A stretch of 38,421 bases of DNA from Candidatus Nomurabacteria bacterium (lineage in GTDB: Bacteria > Patescibacteriota > Minisyncoccia > Phycocordibacterales > UBA5272). Location: contig CALRDS010000002.1 of NCBI GenBank assembly GCA_943354975.1, positions 1 to 38,421 on the forward strand. Reading direction: 5' to 3'. Positions within the stretch are counted from its first letter, which is position 1, and every line of letters starts with the position of its first letter. The position numbers were made by a program, and so were the translations under genes. Positions 1-9,716 of this stretch are shown in pieces. The notes under the pieces are model-generated. The model worked only from the letters and a program-made list of their open reading frames with translations. It was not told the origin of the DNA and did no database searches.

Positions 1-227
1 GAAAGTCCAAGTTCTCTGCTTGCTTTAGTGTCTGCAACTTCAGAAACGATGACACCGTTAGGAGTAATGATTGTTAAGTCATGACGAACAAATTTATCTA
101 TAAAAACTACATTACACACCTTCTCAAAAAAACAATTATATCCATACCAACCAAATAGAACAATAAGTATAGCCATAGTTCCGTATACTATTTTTTTTTC
201 CTTATGCAAGAGATGATTTTTTTTCAT
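1..227 (-). CDS. DUF192-family protein, N-terminal part (runs off the left edge)
   Basis: Manual translation from ATG at 227: MKKNHLLHKKKKIVYGTMAILIVLFGWYG...IVSEVADTKASRELGLS. It has a TM segment plus the EVADT..R..GL motif typical of DUF192. Not in the ORF track. Confidence 0.7.
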   Translation of the reverse strand, partial: MKKNHLLHKEKKIVYGTMAILIVLFGWYGYNCFFEKVCNVVFIDKFVRHDLTIITPNGVIVSEVADTKASRELGL

Positions 228-262
228 AAATAAATACAGCACTCCTATATCTCATCAAAGTA

Positions 263-550
263 TTAATCCTTTAAAGCCTTCTTAATATGAATAAAAATTC
301 TATGCCCTGAATCTCCTCTCTTGTGGTCAGAGTGATATATATCACACGTATGTCCATCTAATTTAACATCGGCTAATACTGGATTGTTGCCATAATCAGA
401 TTCTGGAGATGGTGGTTGTTTCCCTGTCATAACATCATTAAAGTGATTTAGTTTCCCATAAACAGCAGCCTTTGTAATCTCTTCAATCCAAAACCCAGCC
501 CCTTTCCATATTTCTTCCGAATTGCCTATATTATTAGCTGAATTTTCCAT
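263..550 (-). CDS. hypothetical protein (95 aa)
   Basis: ORF fills the intergenic space on the dominant strand; TG-a-TACAAT upstream. Confidence 0.6.
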   Translation of the reverse strand: MENSANNIGNSEEIWKGAGFWIEEITKAAVYGKLNHFNDVMTGKQPPSPESDYGNNPVLADVKLDGHTCDIYHSDHKRGDSGHRIFIHIKKALKD

Positions 551-601
551 AAAGTTTATTACATTCCATTTATTGTATCACGATTGCGCTACAACAAATT
601 A

Positions 602-976
602 TTAATTACCCCAACCTTGAAAAATATATCCAAAAAAAATTGCTGAAAAAAGTAGAAAAGGTAGATATAGTACCATTGCTACTACAAAAACCATTACAAA
701 TATAATAATAATTTTATTAATAGCCTTTCTTATTTTAGAAGTCGAAAGGTACGCTAGTATTAAACACCAAAAAATTAAAATGTTTGGAAACTTTTCTATA
801 GTAAAAATTGCAAATAGTAAAATTGGCCCTAAAATGAACAATTTAGCAAAAATAGGCATATCCCATAATTTCGATAAATATGAAATCTCTTTATTTGTCT
901 CATTATTTTGTAAAATATTTTGATCTACTAATTGATTTGAGGGAATTACTTCTTGAAAAGGTCTATTATTTGCCAT
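602..976 (-). CDS. hypothetical membrane protein
   Basis: Several hydrophobic segments; extended -10 TGgTATACT at 983-991, 6 nt before the ATG. Confidence 0.7.
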   Translation of the reverse strand: MANNRPFQEVIPSNQLVDQNILQNNETNKEISYLSKLWDMPIFAKLFILGPILLFAIFTIEKFPNILIFWCLILAYLSTSKIRKAINKIIIIFVMVFVVAMVLYLPFLLFSAIFFGYIFQGWGN

Positions 977-1120
977 CTTCTAAGTATACCACTCCCAATC
1001 GTCTTATTATTCTCTAAAGTATCAGCAATTGCTAGATATAAAATATCCTCTTCCGTAAGGAAATTTTGGTTTTTATTGATTTGTTCTATTGTCGTAGATG
1101 GGGTTAGAGCCCAAATTAAT

Positions 1121-1828
1121 CTACTCGATAAATTTAAAAGATAACAGTAATGACTCCAGGACAATTGAATCACTTTCATTTTTAGTAGTGTAAAAATTTA
1201 TTTCGAACTGTTCACCATTTATAATTAGTTTTATGTAAGTTGCAAAACTACCGTTATTAAAACTAACTTGAGAGAAAGCTGCTGGTACACCAGCAACAGA
1301 AATCTCTTTACTTACGAGCACTCCAGAGTAATATTTACCTAGATCAACATAGAAACGAGAATACTGCACTGGATCCAAAAGACGTGTAGCTAATTCTTTT
1401 GTATCTTTAGTGTTAACAACAATCATACTCCCACTCTTAACAGGCATAATCTCAGCTATATTTCTCTCACTTTCATTTTTTGAAAATGAAGAATTCTCAG
1501 AATACTCTGGAGAAACTATTTTCAAATTATCACTACCTATAGAAATTTCTTTCCACGCGCTCGGAATAGTTACTTCAAATTTATTACCAATGTAAACTTT
1601 ATTGTCCTTAACAACTAAATCAACCTCTGCTCTACCATTTCCCTTGTTAGGACTTTTACTGGCAACGAAGCCAGAATTCTTATTTACAAACTCTCTCTCT
1701 TTTGGTTTACTAACCTGCTTCTCTGTAAAAAGTGACCATGTAAATGGATTCCACCAAGAAGCAAGTACTGAAGTTGTCACTCCAAAAAAAAGCACAGAAA
1801 TTAGTGCGAGTGTTTTTATTTTTTTCAT
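1121..1828 (-). CDS. secreted protein with signal peptide and SWWNPFTW motif; possible PsbP-like C-terminal domain
   Basis: Likely start MKKIKTLALISVLFFGVTTSVLA at 1828, with TGaTATACT 7 nt upstream. The domain guess is from sequence appearance only. Confidence 0.7.
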   Translation of the reverse strand: MKKIKTLALISVLFFGVTTSVLASWWNPFTWSLFTEKQVSKPKEREFVNKNSGFVASKSPNKGNGRAEVDLVVKDNKVYIGNKFEVTIPSAWKEISIGSDNLKIVSPEYSENSSFSKNESERNIAEIMPVKSGSMIVVNTKDTKELATRLLDPVQYSRFYVDLGKYYSGVLVSKEISVAGVPAAFSQVSFNNGSFATYIKLIINGEQFEINFYTTKNESDSIVLESLLLSFKFIE

Positions 1829-1860
1829 ATTATCAAGTATATCAGTTCTAACCCACACAG

Positions 1861-3648
1861 TTATGACTTTCTTCCTGCTTTTGATCTATCGCTTTCAGTT
1901 AAAAGTTGCTTTCGTAGTCTCACTGATTTTGGGGTAACTTCAAGATACTCATCAGCGTTCATTATTTCAAGACCACGCTCTATACTAATCTCCCACGCAG
2001 GGACTAATACAATAGCTTCATCGGCACCTGATGAACGCATGTTAGAAAGCTGCTTTCCTTTAGTTGGGTTCACCATCATTTCTTCACCTTTTGAGGTATT
2101 CCCAATAACCATCCCCTCATATACTTCTGTTGTTGGTAGAATATAAATAACTCCACGCTCTTGTAGATTCCACAATGAAAACGCTAGAGATTTTCCTCCT
2201 GCCATTGATGTCATCGAACCTACAAGACGTCGTGTAATTATCCCAGCATACGGACCAAATTTTGAAAATCTAGCAGATAATATCCCAAGACCTTTTGTAT
2301 CAATAACAAACTCTCCTCGGTATCCAAGTAGTCCTCGTGTTGGGATTTCTGCTCTAATACGCGTTATTCCATGTTTTTCTTGCATATCAGAAACACTGGC
2401 TTTTCTACGCCCTAACTTTTCCATAACTGTTCCTGAAAATTCTGTTGGCACATCTATTACAAGTTCTTCGTACGGCTCTTCTTTCACTCCATCTTTTTCG
2501 TGAAAAATAACCTGTGGTTGTGATACTTGAAGTTCATATCCTTCACGTCGCATAGTTTCCAATAATACTGCTATATGAAGTTCTCCTCTACCATAAACTA
2601 AATATTTATCTAGCCCGAAATCAATATGTAAACCAACATTTATTTCTGTTTCTTTTTCCAATCGATCACGAATCTGACGTCCAGTAACAAATTTTCCCTC
2701 TTTACCAGCAAATGGACTATCATTGACTAAAAAATCAAGTGATATAGTCGGTTCATCAATTGCAATTGCTGGCATTGGATCTTGATCTACATTTTTCAAA
2801 AATGTTTCCCCAATAAAAATATCAGAAAATCCAGCAACCATTATAATATCTCCTGCAGTCGCGACTTCTTCTTCTATTCTTTGTACTCCACGGAAAGTAA
2901 ACAATTTCGTGATGCGTCCTTTGCGTGATTCGCCAGTTGATTTCTTTACCACAATTTCTTCCCCTACTTTTGCCGTACCATCATAGACTCGCGCAATAGC
3001 CATACGACCTAAGAAATTATCATACGCTAAATTAAACACTTGAGCCACGAACGGATTCGCTACGTCTCCTGTTGCGCGTGGTACTTTTTCTAAAATTACA
3101 TCAAGTAATGGTGTTAAATCTTTTCTCTCATCATCAACCTTTCTCATCGCTACTCCTTCACGACCAATTGCATATACAGTTGTGAAGTCTAATTGCTCAT
3201 CATTTGCACCAAGCTCTAAGAACAATTCAAAAACCTCATCATGTGCACGAGCTGGGTCCGCTGCTGGTTTGTCTATTTTATTTATAACAACAATCGGTTT
3301 AAGACCAAGTTCAAGAGATTTCTTTAACACGAAACGAGTTTGTGGCATTGGACCTTCTTGAGCATCAACAACTAGAAGCACACAATCAATAGAGCGTAGT
3401 ACTCGTTCTACTTCAGAGCCAAAGTCAGCATGCCCTGGAGTGTCGAGAATGTTTATTTTTGTACCTTTGTAATCAACTGAAGTATTTTTCGCAGTAATTG
3501 TAATTCCGCGTTCTTTTTCCATCGGATTTGAGTCCATAGTCTGTCCTGCTTCTCCAGTACCGCACTGTTGCATCAAAGCATCGGTAAGAGTGGTCTTACC
3601 GTGGTCAACGTGAGCGATTATTGCGATGTTACGAATTTCCTGTTGCAT
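1861..3648 (-). CDS. typA: translational GTPase TypA/BipA
   Basis: [40 protein letters not shown] and the BipA C-terminal [15 protein letters not shown]. Start moved to MQQEIRN (3648). Confidence 0.97.
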   Translation of the reverse strand: MQQEIRNIAIIAHVDHGKTTLTDALMQQCGTGEAGQTMDSNPMEKERGITITAKNTSVDYKGTKINILDTPGHADFGSEVERVLRSIDCVLLVVDAQEGPMPQTRFVLKKSLELGLKPIVVINKIDKPAADPARAHDEVFELFLELGANDEQLDFTTVYAIGREGVAMRKVDDERKDLTPLLDVILEKVPRATGDVANPFVAQVFNLAYDNFLGRMAIARVYDGTAKVGEEIVVKKSTGESRKGRITKLFTFRGVQRIEEEVATAGDIIMVAGFSDIFIGETFLKNVDQDPMPAIAIDEPTISLDFLVNDSPFAGKEGKFVTGRQIRDRLEKETEINVGLHIDFGLDKYLVYGRGELHIAVLLETMRREGYELQVSQPQVIFHEKDGVKEEPYEELVIDVPTEFSGTVMEKLGRRKASVSDMQEKHGITRIRAEIPTRGLLGYRGEFVIDTKGLGILSARFSKFGPYAGIITRRLVGSMTSMAGGKSLAFSLWNLQERGVIYILPTTEVYEGMVIGNTSKGEEMMVNPTKGKQLSNMRSSGADEAIVLVPAWEISIERGLEIMNADEYLEVTPKSVRLRKQLLTESDRSKAGRKS

Positions 3649-3662
3649 AATTATGATTCCTA

Positions 3663-3725
3663 AATACAAAAGTGGCACCCTGGTGTGGCGGATGCCACTT
3701 TCTCTAACGTAGGAATAGTATAGCA
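3663..3725 (-). promoter_or_regulatory. typA promoter (TGcTATACT) followed by a terminator-like hairpin in the 5' leader
   Basis: -10 at 3717-3722. Leader reads AAAGTGGCATCC-GCCACACCA-GGGTGCCACTTT-TGTATTT. Confidence 0.55.
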
Positions 3726-3773
3726 CGAAATCACACACTTTGCCAATGAGTCAACTTAATCTATAAATACAAA

Positions 3774-3847
3774 ACACGGCTCACATGATAGCAATTTTAA
3801 CTAGAAGCTTTCGGCCACTAAGAAATTACAAACCTGCGTAGCCGTGT
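3774..3847 (-). terminator. long imperfect hairpin followed by a U-rich tail downstream of the 77-aa orphan
   Basis: ACACGGCT...AGCCGTGT closing stem, internal GTAATTT/AAATTGC pairing, apical GAAA loop. Confidence 0.5.
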
Positions 3848-3873
3848 ACATCTGAACTTTGAGATGTTGCAAA

Positions 3874-4107
3874 CTACCTTACTGCGCCATTCCTCGGAAT
3901 AGAAATCGTCCCTGACTTATCCTTCACATAAACATTTCCGGACTTGTCAGTCGAGATTTCGGTACCTGCCATCTGTTGGCGAAACGGTGAAAAAATAACG
4001 AAGAGCATCACAACAAATACCACGAGTGCCCCCACTTTCATTTTCTTCGGTCCCCAAATGACAAACACAAGTGCTACGATGGCGATCAAATACGTCTCTG
4101 TCGACAT
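3874..4107 (-). CDS. small orphan membrane protein (two TM segments)
   Basis: SD GGAGGG at 4112-4117; two hydrophobic helices. Confidence 0.7.
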   Translation of the reverse strand: MSTETYLIAIVALVFVIWGPKKMKVGALVVFVVMLFVIFSPFRQQMAGTEISTDKSGNVYVKDKSGTISIPRNGAVR

Positions 4108-4181
4108 GATACCCTCCGCTGTTGGACAAGTGAATGTTCAAAATGCCTATCACATAATAGTATACACAATACTAAAATTCC

Positions 4182-6185
4182 TTACTTTCCGATGACTTCT
4201 CTTAGAAATGCTTTCTGACTAGGTTCGCGCCCTAGGAAATTTTTTATCAATTTCATTTCATCTTCACTACTTCCCTTTTCCAATACTTCTTTGCGCCACT
4301 TCATCCCAATTATTTTATTTGTCATAACATTCTTGGTACCCTTTCTTTTAAATTCTTCAAACGCATCACATGCGTAAGCTAGTGCCCACAGATATGAATA
4401 GTACCCGGCGTCATATCCAACCAAGTGTCCGAAACCAGCTGGAAATAGTGTTTCTTTTTCTGGAAGATCAATATTGAAATAGAGCTTATACATTTTTCTA
4501 TAAGCTACACGAGCATTAGATATTTTCCCAGTATGTAAATCCATATCTAGTTTTCCAAATACAATTTGTCTTAAATAAGCATATCCATTTTGGAAATTCC
4601 TTGCTTTAATTATTTTATCTATTAAACTCTTTGGCATTCTCTCACCTGTTTTATAATGCTTGGATAATTTAGACATTATATTTTCATCCCAAACCCAATT
4701 CTCCATAATCTGTGATGGTGTCTCCACAAAGTCCCATGCAACATTTGCCCCAGCCTGAGATTCTAGTCGTGCGCGAGAAAGTGTCATATGAAGAAGATGC
4801 CCGAATTCATGAAATAGTGTTTCAACTTCTCGAACTGAAAGCAAAGATGGAGAGCCTTTTGATGGGGTCGAAAAATTACACAGCATCGCAGAAAAAGGAG
4901 CTACATACTCATTCGTTTTGTAGCCTTGTTCACGGGACACTATAACATCCACCATACATGCATGACCAAACTTTCCCTCACGTGGAAACATATCCATAGA
5001 AAAATAACCAATTAAAGACTTGTCTTTATCATTTATCTGATAGGTTTTTACATCTTTATGCCATAATTTCATCGGGATTTCTTTTATAGATATAGAAAAA
5101 AGATTGCCAAAAAGTTTAAACATTTCCTCTCTTACATTATCAAGCTGGAAAAACGCTCTAGTTGTTTCTGGATCAATATCAAATAATTTTTTCTGTAATT
5201 TATTACTAATATATGCAATATCATAGTGTCCCGCCTTTTTTATACCAAATGAAAGGCCGTGTTTGCTAATTTCTATAGAATCTTTTTTTGCAATTGGCAC
5301 AAGGCTTTTTAGTAATGAGTTCTGGAAATTCTCTACGGTTTTGACATTTTTAGCCATTCTTGTTTCGGTAACAAAATCACCATGATGTTTATATCCTAAA
5401 ATAGTTGAAATTTCGTGTCTTATTTTTACTAATTCTTCTAAGACTTTTAAATTTTTGACTCCACCCTTCTTTAAATTTTTCTCTGCAAGCTCTTTTCTTT
5501 TATCACGGTTATCAGCTTCTGCCATAAATGGTCCGATATGCGGATATTGTAGAGAAACAATATACCGTCCATCAGTATGGCGCGGTAGTGATGAAACAAA
5601 TCTCTCGGGTAGCCCAGATAAGTCATCTTTTTTACAAAGAATATAATCCTGATAATTATTTATGTTATTTTTAAATTCAATAGATAGCTTTGATGATTTT
5701 TTAAGTAATACTTTTAATCTATTTTGAACTTTTACAGGTAATGCAAATCCCATACGACGAAAATCACGCATAGTTTCTTCAAGAAGTTTTATATCTTCAA
5801 CGCGTAATGACTTCTTCTCTTTCAGATAATTCCCCTCATAATATTCACACAGTGCCTCAAATAAACCTTTATCATAAACGACATCAACTATCTTTTGTGA
5901 AACCTCTGTAGATACAGAAACTGCTCCATCTCTAATTTCTTTTTTTGGAGAAGTCTCAGCAAGTAAACCAATTTTTCCAAAAATACTCTCGAATTTGTCA
6001 TCGCACCTCTCTAATGCATATAGTGTATTTAAAAATGTTCTATCCTTTTTTGGAATTGATTTTATTTCAGAATAAACTTTTTTCTTATGATTTATATACT
6101 CCTGTGCAATCTTTTTCATCTGGGTCGGAGTAATATTTACCCATTTAAAATCTTTTTGAGTAAGTGGAAGAGTTTTTATAGTCAT
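4182..6185 (-). CDS. M3 family Zn-dependent oligopeptidase (thimet/PrlC-like)
   Basis: HEFGHLLH zinc motif, DFVETPSQIMENW, GYDAGYYSYLWA. Confidence 0.93.
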   Translation of the reverse strand: MTIKTLPLTQKDFKWVNITPTQMKKIAQEYINHKKKVYSEIKSIPKKDRTFLNTLYALERCDDKFESIFGKIGLLAETSPKKEIRDGAVSVSTEVSQKIVDVVYDKGLFEALCEYYEGNYLKEKKSLRVEDIKLLEETMRDFRRMGFALPVKVQNRLKVLLKKSSKLSIEFKNNINNYQDYILCKKDDLSGLPERFVSSLPRHTDGRYIVSLQYPHIGPFMAEADNRDKRKELAEKNLKKGGVKNLKVLEELVKIRHEISTILGYKHHGDFVTETRMAKNVKTVENFQNSLLKSLVPIAKKDSIEISKHGLSFGIKKAGHYDIAYISNKLQKKLFDIDPETTRAFFQLDNVREEMFKLFGNLFSISIKEIPMKLWHKDVKTYQINDKDKSLIGYFSMDMFPREGKFGHACMVDVIVSREQGYKTNEYVAPFSAMLCNFSTPSKGSPSLLSVREVETLFHEFGHLLHMTLSRARLESQAGANVAWDFVETPSQIMENWVWDENIMSKLSKHYKTGERMPKSLIDKIIKARNFQNGYAYLRQIVFGKLDMDLHTGKISNARVAYRKMYKLYFNIDLPEKETLFPAGFGHLVGYDAGYYSYLWALAYACDAFEEFKRKGTKNVMTNKIIGMKWRKEVLEKGSSEDEMKLIKNFLGREPSQKAFLREVIGK

Positions 6186-6263
6186 AGACTACATACTAGC
6201 AAAATTATACAGAAAGGAAAAATATGCTAAATACGCAAGCCTAATTTATTAAAGATAGTAAGA

Positions 6264-7265
6264 CTAAGGAATGAGAAATGCTCTTTCACCGACCTTTTTG
6301 TAATGAGTTGTACTATCTCCTGGTTGTGTCAAGCCTTGTTTTTTATCATATACACCGAAAGTAATACTATTTGTACTAGTAGCTGTGACCTTATAACCAC
6401 TTGCTCCATTAGGACCATCGAATTCTACATATGTTTGATTTCCTGTAAGACTTGAATTTGGAACCTTAACTGATGCAGATGCTCCGTAACTATAATAACT
6501 TAAACCAGTGGAATCACTGCCAAACACAAATGTACCTTGATCCATGAAATAACTATTGCCTAAAGAAAATTTTTCAAGTACCTTACCACCTTCTAAATCA
6601 ATAATAAAACCAAATCCAGAAACCGCACTATCTTTTGGTATATAGACCCTAGTAAAGGCTAAACCTGGAGAGACTACGACTTCAGCAATACTACTTATAA
6701 ATGATCCGATGTCCTTATCTTTCTTTAATAGTTCTTTTACAGATTCAACTATTACAGAATCTTCATCTGAAAGAGTTGTAGTCGCAGAATTACTATCCAA
6801 AACTTTTATAGCTTTAAAATCGTATGTTTTTGCAGGGGCAGTAGGAAATGCCAAGATTGGAACATTTTGTACAACTGGAACCTGTTTTTCTACTACAACT
6901 GGTTCTGGTTTAGGAACAAGATATGTGAAATATCCGTATGCTACACCACCCCCTAAAATAAGACCAAGTAATAGAAATCCTATAATGCTTACACCACTAC
7001 CTCCACTTGAAGGTTTATTTATATTTACCGGAACTGGAGGAATCGACGAAGGCATTGTCGCAGGCCTTTGTGCATTAAGCGGTGCTACTGGCGCTGATGG
7101 GGCAGGAACACTTGGAGAAAATTTAATCACTGGAGTAGTGACTGGATTTGTAGCTGGAGATACTGCCGCACCAGCAGACATTGGAGGAAATGGTGGCGGG
7201 GTTGTTGGGGCTGTTGGAACTGGAGTTGATAATGTTTGGTTGTTTTGTGGATCCATATAATACAA
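6264..7265 (-). CDS. membrane-anchored protein with Pro/Thr-rich N-terminal tail and extracellular domain
   Basis: Pro-rich first ~85 aa, then a single TM segment (IIGFLLLGLILGGGVAYGYF). Confidence 0.8.
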   Translation of the reverse strand: MYYMDPQNNQTLSTPVPTAPTTPPPFPPMSAGAAVSPATNPVTTPVIKFSPSVPAPSAPVAPLNAQRPATMPSSIPPVPVNINKPSSGGSGVSIIGFLLLGLILGGGVAYGYFTYLVPKPEPVVVEKQVPVVQNVPILAFPTAPAKTYDFKAIKVLDSNSATTTLSDEDSVIVESVKELLKKDKDIGSFISSIAEVVVSPGLAFTRVYIPKDSAVSGFGFIIDLEGGKVLEKFSLGNSYFMDQGTFVFGSDSTGLSYYSYGASASVKVPNSSLTGNQTYVEFDGPNGASGYKVTATSTNSITFGVYDKKQGLTQPGDSTTHYKKVGERAFLIP

Positions 7266-7298
7266 GTGTACATCCTATATTAAATATTTTATACACGG

Positions 7299-7850
7299 TT
7301 ATCCTCTTTTTTTCATTTTATGAACATAACACCTTAAATCATGAGAATTTTTAAGCATATTTATACTCATAAGAAATTCTCCAACTATTTCTCCACCGAC
7401 AAATTTAAAATGTTTTTTAAAAATCTTCAGCCACTCCCCTCTGTCTTCTTTTAAAACTTTTCCTTGAACATCTAGCCAATTTATGAAACCTCCAAATTCT
7501 TTTTGTAATTTTAAAATACTTTGTGCATTATAAATAGCAGCATTTATCTTTAGTTTATTCCTGATAATACCAACATTATTCATAAGTCTAAAGAAATCTT
7601 TTTCTTTATACTTTGCTACTTTTTTAATATCAAAATCCTGGTATGCCTTTCTAAACCCCCTTTCTTTATTAAGAATAGTCCTCCAAGAAAGTCCCGCCTG
7701 GTTTATCTCCATAATTAGCCGACCGAACAATTCATTGTCATCCGCAATCCTGACTCCATAATGATTATCATGATAAATCTTATCTACATCATTTTTATCA
7801 GTAATCTTTGAAACATAATTACAATAGGGGTGAGTAAAATCTTTCTCCAT
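7299..7850 (-). CDS. tag: DNA-3-methyladenine glycosylase I
   Basis: YHDNHYG, LIMEINQAGLSW, IIRNKLKINAAIYNA, FKFVGGEI, H...C. Confidence 0.93.
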   Translation of the reverse strand: MEKDFTHPYCNYVSKITDKNDVDKIYHDNHYGVRIADDNELFGRLIMEINQAGLSWRTILNKERGFRKAYQDFDIKKVAKYKEKDFFRLMNNVGIIRNKLKINAAIYNAQSILKLQKEFGGFINWLDVQGKVLKEDRGEWLKIFKKHFKFVGGEIVGEFLMSINMLKNSHDLRCYVHKMKKRG

Positions 7851-7851
7851 A

Positions 7852-8199
7852 CTAACGTGAGCGCATAATAGTTATTCCAGGTACACAATCTGTCCACACA
7901 TCTGGTTTTTGTATATCAACTTCTACTTTAACCACAACATTATGCGAAAGAACTTTCTTGGCAATCTCTTCTGCTAATGATTCTATAAGATTATGAGGAC
8001 TTTCAATTAATACGTCATGAATATATTTTCTTATATGCTCATAGTTTAAAGTCTGTCTCAAATCATCATTCTCCCCTGCACTTTTTACATCACATGTCGC
8101 AACTACATTCACCACGAAACGCTGTGACTTAGCATGTTCTTCTTTGTAATATCCATGCTTAGCCATTACTACGTAATTTTTTAAATAGACTTTATCCAT
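7852..8199 (-). CDS. folB: dihydroneopterin aldolase
   Basis: HGYYKEE..QRF, DDLRQTLNY, NLIESLAEEIA and KP motifs. Confidence 0.88.
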   Translation of the reverse strand: MDKVYLKNYVVMAKHGYYKEEHAKSQRFVVNVVATCDVKSAGENDDLRQTLNYEHIRKYIHDVLIESPHNLIESLAEEIAKKVLSHNVVVKVEVDIQKPDVWTDCVPGITIMRSR

Positions 8200-8201
8200 G
8201 T

Positions 8202-8672
8202 TTATATTCCTAGTATACGATAAACCGCTATTCCAAATGCAATTGTTACATTTAGTGACTCCTTTGTCCCATTCATTGGTATTTCTGCAATTACATTACT
8301 TTCTTTTAAGATTTCTTTATTTATTCCATCAACTTCACTACCAAGCACAAAGGCAATATTTTCTTTTCCTTTTATATTTAAAGACTTATAATCTACAGAA
8401 TTTTTGTCTTGTTCAAGAGAAATAATGTAACTCCCTTCTTTTTTTAATTTTTCTATACAAGATACCAGATTTTCAATAAATTCCCAATCAACTATATCTT
8501 CTGCGCCGAGTGCTACTTTTGTAAAATCTTTTCTTTTTCTACCCTTTTTATCTAGTGGTATTGGTGTAATTCCGCAAAGATATATCTTTTCAATTCCAAC
8601 AGCATTGCATGTTCGAAAAATAGAACCTACGTTATAGACACTACGAATATTATCAAGTACTACTATTTTCAT
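8202..8672 (-). CDS. SpoU/TrmH-family RNA methyltransferase
   Basis: VLDNIRSVYNVGSIFRT, LGSEVDGI, IPMNGTKESLNV. Confidence 0.92.
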   Translation of the reverse strand: MKIVVLDNIRSVYNVGSIFRTCNAVGIEKIYLCGITPIPLDKKGRKRKDFTKVALGAEDIVDWEFIENLVSCIEKLKKEGSYIISLEQDKNSVDYKSLNIKGKENIAFVLGSEVDGINKEILKESNVIAEIPMNGTKESLNVTIAFGIAVYRILGI

Positions 8673-8696
8673 AGATGAATACTAACATATACAAAC

Positions 8697-8719
8697 AAAA
8701 AGGCCTCCTCCTGGCGGCC
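8697..8719 (-). terminator. intrinsic terminator of orphan 8736-9230
   Basis: GGCCGCC-AGGA-GGAGGCC-TTTTT on the minus strand. Confidence 0.55.
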
Positions 8720-8735
8720 ATGTGATGAGAAATTT

Positions 8736-9230
8736 TTAAATTTCTTTTCCTTTTTTTCTTTTCTCTTCTCCCCTCATTTGGAGAGGAACGAGAACTACTG
8801 ACTTCTCCATGGCAATCAGATAAAGCTTCTGTGCCCCATGAAAATACTCGGAGAAGTCGTCATCTCCAACTGCATGTACAGCAATTGGTTTGCCTTTCAG
8901 CTTTTTAGTTATTCTATCAATATTACCATCAAGATCTATGTCCTCGACGAACAAGTCCTTGTCGATAAAAATACCAAGTCTTCCTGTGTTCGTGAAAAGA
9001 TAGACAATGTTGGTCCCGTTTGTCTCAATACTAACTGATCGCACGGCCTCATCCCCTATTATTTGACGTGCAACTCTTTTGTGGCATGTATCCGCCACAA
9101 TGCATGCAGCTAAAGCAACAATTTTTTCCTGTTCGACTTCGACCACTGGTGAAGTGGGCTCGGTGGTATTCATCAGTGCTAAACCAACAGCTCCTGAAAT
9201 GACAACCAGCAAAAAAATTATTTTTTTCAA
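8736..9230 (-). CDS. orphan secreted or membrane-anchored protein
   Basis: TTG start with SD GGGAG; N-terminal hydrophobic segment; DIDLDGNID (possible Ca-binding DxDxDG loop); TTGACA/TATAAT promoter at ~9267-9294. Confidence 0.7.
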   Translation of the reverse strand: MKKIIFLLVVISGAVGLALMNTTEPTSPVVEVEQEKIVALAACIVADTCHKRVARQIIGDEAVRSVSIETNGTNIVYLFTNTGRLGIFIDKDLFVEDIDLDGNIDRITKKLKGKPIAVHAVGDDDFSEYFHGAQKLYLIAMEKSVVLVPLQMRGEEKRKKGKEI

Positions 9231-9512
9231 TTTTCTCTCCCAGACTTTAAGAACTAATCTTTATATTATAATGTGTAAATTCAGTTATGTCAAATACTTA
9301 CCAGTGTTCGGGCTTTAAAATGAGATTTTTATTTCTGGCGGTGTCTATTGTACAAAATTCGAACTTATTTTGAAAGCAATCCCGATACCGACTAATCGCA
9401 CGCGCAGAGCGCGTAGTGGCTTGAAACTAAATCGTACGCTCGGAGAAAGCCCCGCCACCGCCTCGCTTCACTCGGCAACCCCAAAAAGAAAAAATGTTCC
9501 TTGCTTTCTTGA

Positions 9513-9716
9513 TTTTCGCAGTCCAAGTATTATGTGGATAACTTGTCGGAGAATATCAAGCGCGGTCATCGCCAAAAATTGAAGGATGGTATTTGGCCTC
9601 AAAACGCTCCTGTGGGGTATTTAAATGACAGCGACAAGAAAGTTATCATTCCAGACCCCGAACGTTCGCCATATATCAATAATGTGATATATTTCAATAG
9701 GTGGGATGTTTGGTAA
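9513..9716 (+). pseudogene. internal fragment of a large serine recombinase
   Basis: FSQSKYYVDNLSENIKRGHRQKLKDGIWPQNAPVGYLND matches the helix-E/'G.....P.GY' junction of serine recombinases. The catalytic N-terminus is absent. Confidence 0.75.

Noticed and set aside
946..1179. 77-aa minus-strand ORF and 63-aa plus-strand ORF between two genes
   Set aside because: Both overlap both neighbours and a promoter, and have no recognisable features. A small degraded gene cannot be fully excluded.
3649..3738. N-terminal extension of TypA in the ORF track
   Set aside because: It spans the promoter and leader hairpin; homology begins at MQQEIRN.
6231..6241. AATACGCAAGC resembling the ATACGC.AAG motif of the stop-codon element
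   Set aside because: No stems, GTAC core or ACAAAGTAG follow.
6709..7260. 183-aa Gly/Thr-rich plus-strand ORF
   Set aside because: Antisense shadow of the Pro-rich gene 6264-7265.
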